Shown here one piece after another: positions 41,921-47,759 of a DNA stretch of 57,878 bases. The first letter of the stretch is position 1. Each line of letters starts with the position of its first letter. Both the position numbers and the translations under genes were made by a program. The notes under the pieces are model-generated. The model worked only from the letters and a program-made list of their open reading frames with translations, ran no database searches and had not been told where the DNA came from. Source of the stretch: a virus (taxonomy: Duplodnaviria; Caudoviricetes); the IMG/VR virus record IMGVR_UViG_3300022752_000079, positions 1 to 57,878 of that record. One strand, 5' to 3'.

Positions 41921-42030
41921 GGCTCCGTCGGTAAACGGAGAATAGATTATTGCTTCTGATTGTCTAATGACGAGTTATGATATTTACCGATATCCGTCGT
42001 CCTCAACTCAAAGCGCGGCACTATTATCGC
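41921..42030 (-). ncRNA. Unassigned structured RNA with complementary hairpin loops
   Basis: GATAT-CGGTAA-ATATC and CTCCGT-TTACCG-ACGGAG. Confidence 0.5.
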
Positions 42031-42035
42031 TATAG

Positions 42036-42108
42036 TATAAGCGGCAGGCTTCGAACCTGCGACTTCTTGGTCCCAAACCAAGTACTCTACCAACTGAGCT
42101 ACGCCTAT
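42036..42108 (-). tRNA. tRNA-Pro(UGG)
   Basis: Loop TTTGGGA. Confidence 0.9.
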
Positions 42109-42116
42109 ATGATTAG

Positions 42117-42193
42117 TACTCCTGACGGGACTTGAACCCATATGTAACCAATTACCCTTTCTATATGGTATAAGCATAAGGGGATACAGGAGC
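42117..42193 (-). tRNA. Non-canonical tRNA-Ile(UAU) lacking a normally placed D-arm
   Basis: GCTCCTG-TATCCCC-TTATG CTTATAC CATAT-AGAAAGGGTAATTGGTTACAT-ATGGG TTCAAGT CCCGT-CAGGAGT. Confidence 0.7.
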
Positions 42194-42197
42194 AAAT

Positions 42198-42288
42198 TGG
42201 TAGCGGGTGCAGGAATCGAACCTGTCACACCTTTCGGTTAATAGCTTATGAGACTATCGAGGCATCACCACCAGCCTTCATACCCGCA
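42198..42288 (-). tRNA. Initiator-like tRNA-Met(CAU) with extra arm
   Basis: 1:72 mismatch, loop CTCATAA, CCA encoded. Confidence 0.75.
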
Positions 42289-42298
42289 ATTTAAAATG

Positions 42299-42384
42299 TA
42301 CTCGAAGTGGGAATCGAACCCACACGACCTTTTAGGGTCACGGGATTTTAAGTCCCGCGCGTATACCAGTTTCGCCATTCGAGC
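42299..42384 (-). tRNA. tRNA-Leu(UAA)
   Basis: Loop CTTAAAA; long variable arm. Confidence 0.92.
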
Positions 42385-42389
42385 AAATG

Positions 42390-42476
42390 TCCTCCATGTT
42401 AGATTCGAACTAACAACCCGCTGTGTAAAAGACAGCTGCTCTCGCCTTTCGGCTCGCCAATTAGAGCTAATGGAGG
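42390..42476 (-). tRNA. tRNA-Lys(UUU) with D-loop insertion
   Basis: Loop CTTTTAC; GCC-GAAA-GGC hairpin in the D-loop. Confidence 0.8.
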
Positions 42477-42481
42477 ATAAG

Positions 42482-42554
42482 CGGGATATACGAGAATCGA
42501 ACTCGTAGCGCGGCATAGACAGTGCCGCATGTTCAGCCATTACACCAATATCCC
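42482..42554 (-). tRNA. tRNA-Asp(GUC)
   Basis: Loop CTGTCTA. Confidence 0.85.
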
Positions 42555-42565
42555 GTAATAACGTG

Positions 42566-42639
42566 TATCGCGTACGAGACTCGAACTCGTAAGCTCCTCA
42601 GTGAAAGTGAGGTGTCCTAACCAATTAGACGAACGCGAC
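42566..42639 (-). tRNA. tRNA-Glu(UUC)
   Basis: Loop CTTTCAC. Confidence 0.9.
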
Positions 42640-42648
42640 GTATAAAGT

Positions 42649-42718
42649 ACTGACGGTGCTCGAGCCGCTCGAGTAGTGCGCCGGCGACCAGATTACCTGT
42701 ACCTGTCCCACCGTCAGT
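42649..42718 (-). ncRNA. tRNA-sized unassigned structured RNA
   Basis: Perfect 10-bp closing stem ACTGACGGTG/CACCGTCAGT. Confidence 0.45.
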
Positions 42719-42725
42719 TTTGTAG

Positions 42726-42807
42726 TTCCAGCAGAAGGACTCGAACCTCCGAACTCGTAAGAGAACTGATTTACAGTCAGCTGCAATTGCCGCTATGCGA
42801 TGCTGGA
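42726..42807 (-). tRNA. tRNA-Tyr(GUA)
   Basis: Loop CTGTAAA; long variable arm. Confidence 0.88.
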
Positions 42808-42813
42808 ATATTG

Positions 42814-42898
42814 CTGGCAGGGTGGGATTCGAACCCACGATTGAATTGAATTCGACGGCTTAACAGGCCGTTTCCATAGACCACTCGGACACCTACCA
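42814..42898 (-). tRNA. tRNA-Asn(GUU) with long variable region
   Basis: Loop CTGTTAA. Confidence 0.8.
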
Positions 42899-43122
42899 AT
42901 AGAAAAAGGTATAGCTGTTTTAAGTGTGCCCTCACATACAACAGATTCGCTAATAGCATTTTAACCTATACCTTAAGCGATGATTCACATCATCAAATTA
43001 ATTTGGCTATCAATATGTCAATGAACATCAATTAGAAGTCAATTATCATATTCTCCTAATTACTTCTTAAATCTAAGATAATTTTTTGAAACTACCAAAA
43101 TTCTAAGAAATTTTTTATTTTG

Positions 43123-43196
43123 CAGGAATACCGGGCCTTGAGTCCGAATCTCCGGATTTTCAGTCCGGCGCTTTTACCGATTTAAGCTATATTCCC
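43123..43196 (-). tRNA. tRNA-Phe(GAA), degenerate T-loop
   Basis: Loop CTGAAAA; T-loop CTCAAGG. Confidence 0.75.
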
Positions 43197-43267
43197 ATGT
43201 TTAAATTTCAATATGATAAAGCTAATATAATCAATTGAAACTTACAAATAACAACTTAATTAAATGT

Positions 43268-43295
43268 AAAAAGCCTCAACTTTCGTCGAGGCTTT
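43268..43295 (-). terminator. Intrinsic terminator (attenuator) upstream of the tRNA array
   Basis: AAAGCCTCGAC-GAAA-GTTGAGGCTTT-TT. Confidence 0.8.
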
Positions 43296-43317
43296 ATATC
43301 AATAATTGATAATAGTA

Positions 43318-43434
43318 TTAACAATAGAATATACTCAACCTCGATGTACAGGTATAATCCACGCGATTCGCTTCAAATATCGGCGAGCCGGTGCAAATTG
43401 CATTATGCCACGTACTATAGAGTTGTTTATTCAT
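43318..43434 (-). CDS. 38-aa leader peptide containing all 20 amino acids (putative attenuator leader)
   Basis: MNKQLYSTWHNAICTGSPIFEANRVDYTCTSRLSIFYC*; its 3' part is complementary to the terminator 5' arm. Confidence 0.75.
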   Translation of the reverse strand: MNKQLYSTWHNAICTGSPIFEANRVDYTCTSRLSIFYC

Positions 43435-43469
43435 ATCACTAATATATATGATTCAATTTCAATATATGC

Positions 43470-43748
43470 TCAACTTTTTCCTACTGTATAAGAAATTCCT
43501 AATCCTGGTTCAACTTCTACTCGATTCGGAGATTTCATATGAACTTCTGCAGCCAATTGTTGTTGCAGCTCCTGAACTTTTTGAAAATTGTCGTCAATCT
43601 GCTTGAATGTGGTGTCGACTGCTTTAAATGTGTTTGCAGTATTCAAATAGAATCTTGCAACCTCTTTATACAGATCTCGAAGTTTAACGTGAATGTAAAT
43701 TGCATATACAATTGCAGTCATCGCAATCAAACTACTTATTACTACCAT
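43470..43748 (-). CDS. Membrane-anchored coiled-coil protein
   Basis: N-terminal transmembrane helix. Confidence 0.55.
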   Translation of the reverse strand: MVVISSLIAMTAIVYAIYIHVKLRDLYKEVARFYLNTANTFKAVDTTFKQIDDNFQKVQELQQQLAAEVHMKSPNRVEVEPGLGISYTVGKS

Positions 43749-43901
43749 TATACTGTTTTAAAAAATCATGCAATTTATGTACAAATTCAGTGTCAGTGGT
43801 ACTTCTCGAATTGATTTCCATGATCAGCTGTTTGAGTAGTTGCTGATCTTTTTCATATTGATCTCTAGATCGTTTCACTTCATGTAGGTATTCTAAATAG
43901 C

Positions 43902-44087
43902 TCATTTGTTATCGTTTAATGATTTCATAATTTGTAACACTTCTTCAAACTCCAACACATCGTGCGAGTCAGACTCCATGTCAGCTTCGGCGCATAACAA
44001 TCGTAACATGCATCTACATGTTTCCGGGGTAACTTCCCCGAACATTCGAATGATGCAATCATTCATTGATTCGTTCAATTTTACCAT
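43902..44087 (-). CDS. Hypothetical protein
   Basis: ORF downstream of a TATCTTTA promoter box (44104-44111). Confidence 0.55.
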   Translation of the reverse strand: MVKLNESMNDCIIRMFGEVTPETCRCMLRLLCAEADMESDSHDVLEFEEVLQIMKSLNDNK

Positions 44088-44117
44088 AACTATTTATTTA
44101 ATGTAAAGATATTGTAA

Positions 44118-44666
44118 TCAATTGACACGAACAAGATGTTTCTGCAATTTATGTACATATGTACCATCTTCCGCATAAATAGATTCAAGCAATTGCAAAT
44201 ATTCATTTCTGCTCAAATTTCTACCGTACGAAGCTTGCCACATGGCATAATCCAATACAGAGTCTCTCCATGATTTGTATTTAGCATGATTCAATTCCAT
44301 ACCTGCATTGGTAGTGGGTCTAGATGTACACACTTTCATACCAAACAAATTGTTATTGTTTCTGAATATGATACTTTTAAAGTTGCCGGTCTCCAATTTA
44401 GCTTGTGCTAGCACAATATCCGGATGTTGAACTCGCAATTCACGCAAAGTATTGTACAGTCTGGCTTCAGAGAATGCCTCGCTGGTATCACTGTTCATAT
44501 GAATTATGAACGGTTCAAATATGGAATGTTCAAGATTTTTTGAAGTGAATCCTATTGATATGATAATTGCTAACAAGCTGATACCGAATACAGATACGAC
44601 TTTATTTGTTACCGGTTTAAATGTACAACTCATTTGATCGTACGAGTATAGTTCTTTCATTTGCAT
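44118..44666 (-). CDS. Glucosaminidase (GH73/FlgJ-like) cell-wall hydrolase with N-terminal TM
   Basis: AQAKLETG, NNLFGMK, YAED..Y. Confidence 0.8.
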   Translation of the reverse strand: MQMKELYSYDQMSCTFKPVTNKVVSVFGISLLAIIISIGFTSKNLEHSIFEPFIIHMNSDTSEAFSEARLYNTLRELRVQHPDIVLAQAKLETGNFKSIIFRNNNNLFGMKVCTSRPTTNAGMELNHAKYKSWRDSVLDYAMWQASYGRNLSRNEYLQLLESIYAEDGTYVHKLQKHLVRVN

Positions 44667-44689
44667 TGAGTTTAATTGCTGATTGATGT

Positions 44690-44845
44690 TTACTTATCAT
44701 CTTTTGAAAATATCATGATAAGTATAGTAATTACAGCTAACATGGCTCCTAGGAATGCACTAGTCCATGGGCCAATTTTGCCGGACTCAAACAACTTGTA
44801 GATAATAATAGCAATAATGACCCAGGCAATAATTACGTATAACAT
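44690..44845 (-). CDS. 51-aa two-TM protein not in the ORF track (possibly holin-like)
   Basis: MLYVIIAWVIIAIIIYKLFESGKIGPWTSAFLGAMLAVITILIMIFSKDDK*, next to the hydrolase. Confidence 0.5.
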   Translation of the reverse strand: MLYVIIAWVIIAIIIYKLFESGKIGPWTSAFLGAMLAVITILIMIFSKDDK

Positions 44846-44856
44846 AATTTAAGTTT

Positions 44857-45066
44857 TTAGTTTGGTATTTGTAATTTGGATAAAAAATCACATTTTTCAT
44901 AGTCTTCTTTATTTTCAAAATATTCAATCATCCATTCAATTTGTGGGTATCTATTTGTGTTCAATTCCCTACTTAAAAATGAAAAATCACCATTATTCAG
45001 TAATTCATACATTTCTTCGTAAGTTTTAAAACTATTCGCAACTTCAATTATGTCTTTTTTATTCAT
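44857..45066 (-). CDS. Hypothetical protein with UVR-like EDYEKC motif
   Basis: ORF; motif shared with 35333-35911. Confidence 0.55.
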   Translation of the reverse strand: MNKKDIIEVANSFKTYEEMYELLNNGDFSFLSRELNTNRYPQIEWMIEYFENKEDYEKCDFLSKLQIPN

Positions 45067-45103
45067 TGTAAAATGTATTTTGTATTAAGCAAACCGTACT
45101 GGT

Positions 45104-45155
45104 TATAACAAATGATAAACATGATTAAAACGATTGTTTATCATCGGACGTTATA
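45104..45155 (-). repeat. attC-like palindromic site 1
   Basis: ATATAAC...TGATAAAC..GTTTATCA...GTTATAA. Confidence 0.6.
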
Positions 45156-45171
45156 TTCAATATCAAAAATT

Positions 45172-45495
45172 TTATGAGTTTTTTAGTTTATCTAAAGTCT
45201 TTTCCAAAAGAACCAATAATTCTTCAACTGATGTATCTTCTCTTGCGATTTCAACTTCTTCTGTATTATCACCACATCCATCTTCAATTAAACTTTCAAA
45301 ACCAGAACGATGTCTATCCAATCTAAGATTAAACATATAACAACTATGTGGATATTTTTCTTCATATTTACCACCATAGTTTTCACCATAAAAAACACCC
45401 AATTCTTGTAATTTATTCATTACGCTAATAAACCTTTCTCCAATCTCTGTTGGATTCAGTTCTTTTGTTTCATTCTCGTTAATTCTTGCTTTCAT
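45172..45495 (-). CDS. Hypothetical protein (cassette-like)
   Basis: Flanked by 26-bp inverted repeats and two attC-like sites. Confidence 0.6.
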   Translation of the reverse strand: MKARINENETKELNPTEIGERFISVMNKLQELGVFYGENYGGKYEEKYPHSCYMFNLRLDRHRSGFESLIEDGCGDNTEEVEIAREDTSVEELLVLLEKTLDKLKNS

Positions 45496-45528
45496 ATTTT
45501 TGATTTGTATAAAATTTTTGATACTAAA

Positions 45529-45580
45529 TATAACAAAGAATATGTGTCATTAAAACGAACACATATTCCCAACCGTTACA
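45529..45580 (-). repeat. attC-like palindromic site 2
   Basis: GTGTAAC...GAATATGTG..CACATATTC...GTTATAT; overlaps the stop of the upstream gene. Confidence 0.6.
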
Positions 45581-45794
45581 CAATCTGCTTGTTACAAACA
45601 GAACAAACGCACTTACCGTTCATAATGGGAGTACCTCTAACAACACTACATGTACAAAAATTATTATCTGAACCCATTTGTAATTCCATAAATTTTTCTA
45701 GTGCTTTACAAAAAGCCCAATGTTCTCTTTGTAAATCTTTATCTTCTAGGCAACGATCAATTTGTCGTTCAAGCCAATTTACATAGGTGTTCAT
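45576..45794 (-). CDS. Small Cys-rich protein (start revised to MNTYVN)
   Basis: CTC..CVCSVC; the longer ORF-track start overlaps the upstream gene. Confidence 0.55.
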   Translation of the reverse strand: MNTYVNWLERQIDRCLEDKDLQREHWAFCKALEKFMELQMGSDNNFCTCSVVRGTPIMNGKCVCSVCNKQIV

Positions 45795-45795
45795 T

Positions 45796-46167
45796 TTATT
45801 GTTGTTTTGCATCTCGAACCGCACGCACATAGTAGGCGGCGTACTTATAGTTGGAGTTGGCAAGCCCAAAGTTGAAGTTGAAGGTCCACGCGAGGAGGCT
45901 GTCGTTCTCCGCACTACTCCAATATTCATTATGAATAAAACAATGATTTAAATTGCTTTCATTAATAATATACAATTCAGTAATAGTAGGTAATCTCCAA
46001 CCTTTTCCTAATTTTTTTACAACCGTAGTAGCTTCATCCCATGTCATTTTACCAAATTCTTCAGGATGAATCTCTAAATGAATTTCTCTTTTAAGAACCA
46101 ATGGTTCTTTTTTTGTTACAGGAGTTAGTTCGTACTCAACTCCGTCAATAATCATTGTTTTTTTCAT
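45796..46167 (-). CDS. DUF1566/Lcl C-type-lectin-fold protein, probable DGR target
   Basis: MTWDEA, GWRLPTITEL, YWSS..E....AW.F.F..G......YVRAVR. Confidence 0.8.
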   Translation of the reverse strand: MKKTMIIDGVEYELTPVTKKEPLVLKREIHLEIHPEEFGKMTWDEATTVVKKLGKGWRLPTITELYIINESNLNHCFIHNEYWSSAENDSLLAWTFNFNFGLANSNYKYAAYYVRAVRDAKQQ

Positions 46168-46190
46168 AGTTTTTAGTTTTAAGTTATAGC

Positions 46191-46286
46191 AGTCAGGACA
46201 GGATTCGAACCTGTTGGTGCGACTTTAACTATGATACTTTGCGCGACTTGTATCGTTTTAGCGTTTACCCCTTCCGCCACCTGACT
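46191..46286 (-). ncRNA. tRNA-like scaffold repeat, copy A
   Basis: AGTCAGGTGGCGGAA...ACAGGTTCGAATCCTGTCCTGACT, no canonical anticodon arm. Confidence 0.75.
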
Positions 46287-46289
46287 GTT

Positions 46290-46625
46290 TTATTTTTTAC
46301 TGTTCAATGTTTTGTTTCTTTCTTTCACACAAGACTTTAACATATCAGCCAATTCATTAAGGTCTGCAACATCATCAACAGGTATGATATATTCATTAAA
46401 TCTACCACTCCTAGAATCGCCATCGGGATATATATTGGAATCGTATATAGATATTGACGTAGATTCACCGCATACACCGGTTGCAATGCTTATTGTAATT
46501 TTGAACCCGGTGTTGTACAATTGTAAACTTTTTTGTACTAACCCATTCTTTTTGTGTGTGTTTGACGTGTCAATCATAAATTTTATTATCTTAGTAAATG
46601 TAGTTAAATCAAATGAATTGAACAA
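46290..46625 (-). CDS. Hypothetical protein (start probably at MIDTS)
   Basis: ORF. Confidence 0.5.
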   Translation of the reverse strand: MFNSFDLTTFTKIIKFMIDTSNTHKKNGLVQKSLQLYNTGFKITISIATGVCGESTSISIYDSNIYPDGDSRSGRFNEYIIPVDDVADLNELADMLKSCVKERNKTLNSKK

Positions 46626-46915
46626 ATTGTTTATGAAATGAATTGAATGAAGTGAGTGGCGTGAGTGGGGTCGGTTGAATTGAGTGGTGTGAGTGGAGCG
46701 ATTGAACCTTCAAGTTTTAAAATTCAAAACTTATGCTCAATAATGAAACACATATATTGCCCACCAGCTCTTCATTTAGCCCCCGATTTCATGGAAATTA
46801 TACCCTAAATTTGGGCCCTATATACCCTAACTAGGGGGCTAATAAAGATTATCTTGCCCCCTTAACTACCCCTAAATAAGACCCCTTAACTTGAGTGCAT
46901 GCATCACCCCTTAAT
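46625..46915. repeat. Non-coding region with short direct repeats
   Basis: TGAGTGG x4, TACCC(C)TAA x3, CCCCTTAA x3. Confidence 0.6.
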
Positions 46916-47111
46916 AGTACTTCATTAAGGCTGCTTTACAGGCTGCAGCATCTTTTTTAATGTCTTCGTCAGATCGACGTTTACCGTTGTGAGTCACGTC
47001 CACTGTATATCTACCAATGCGAATAAATTCATTGTGTTCATCGTCTTTAAATACAGGCAATGACATCCAGTATGTATTTGTTCTAACTGCTTTCATACAA
47101 TTACTTTTCAA
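46911..47111 (-). CDS. Hypothetical protein
   Basis: ORF. Confidence 0.5.
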   Translation of the reverse strand: MKSNCMKAVRTNTYWMSLPVFKDDEHNEFIRIGRYTVDVTHNGKRRSDEDIKKDAAACKAALMKYY

Positions 47112-47430
47112 AGGTTAACAATATAATTTCTGATGCACACAACTCGATACCGTCCGCGTTAAATACGTGAACTTTTTTGGCAACGTTCGAAGAAAATCGA
47201 ATTGACCTCATTCTCAATTCATCGTTAGGTGCAAGGCCGTTAGCAACGCATACATGATACGATTCATTGTATGGTACATGTTCTAGCATAGTAATTGCTT
47301 CATCAGCATTATGGGTTGCAAATGTATGAAAGTTACTAAAGTGATCCGGGAAGAGTTTTTCGAGTGCTGCTTTTGCTTCTGGTGAAGTGGCAGCTGCTTC
47401 CAATATCTGCTCTTTTGTTGGGTTTTTCAT
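47101..47430 (-). CDS. Hypothetical protein, paralog of 57018-57386
   Basis: EQIL.AA.TS.EA...L..LFP..F; VA.GLAP..EL; ends FEK. Confidence 0.65.
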   Translation of the reverse strand: MKNPTKEQILEAAATSPEAKAALEKLFPDHFSNFHTFATHNADEAITMLEHVPYNESYHVCVANGLAPNDELRMRSIRFSSNVAKKVHVFNADGIELCASEIILLTFEK

Positions 47431-47485
47431 TGTTTATTGTTTTTGATTAATTGATTTTTGAAGTCAGGACAGGAATTTTGTTATA

Positions 47486-47585
47486 TAGAACGCGATGGTC
47501 ATCCACCTAACCTATTGGCTGCCGCAGTGTTTACACCACGACCGCCTGGACTCGAACCAAATTTTCTTCAATGCATCGCGTTCTA
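47486..47585 (-). ncRNA. Permuted tRNA-mimic (Y-RNA/YrlA-like) candidate
   Basis: 12-bp terminal stem TAGAACGCGATG/CATCGCGTTCTA enclosing a T-arm, a hairpin and a D-like loop. Confidence 0.55.
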
Positions 47586-47587
47586 GC

Positions 47588-47757
47588 AGTCAGGACAGGA
47601 TTCGAACCTGTACACTTATAGTTTGAACTCTGTTGCTACATCGAGAGAGGTAAATCCATACTTCATCGTAGTTGTCGGTACGCCAAAGAGTTAATCTCCG
47701 AACATAGACTATAAGCCTTCTCAAACAAGAGACGGTCTACCATTCCGCCACCTGACT
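47588..47757 (-). ncRNA. tRNA-like scaffold repeat, copy B (170 nt)
   Basis: Same ends as copy A; about 100-nt structured insert closed by CTTATAGT/ACTATAAG. Confidence 0.75.
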
Positions 47758-47759
47758 AT

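Noticed and set aside
39766-42959. Short ORFs across the tRNA array (39766-40110, 40214-40465, 41947-42228, 42265-42540, 42617-42838 etc.)
   Set aside because: They overlap clear tRNA cloverleafs
43306-43491. Plus-strand 61-aa ORF over the leader region
   Set aside because: Opposite to all local transcription; the minus-strand 38-aa ORF has the informative composition and attenuator geometry
45795-45929. N-terminal extension of ORF 45576-45929
   Set aside because: Alternate frame of the DUF1566 variable region; the real start is probably 45794
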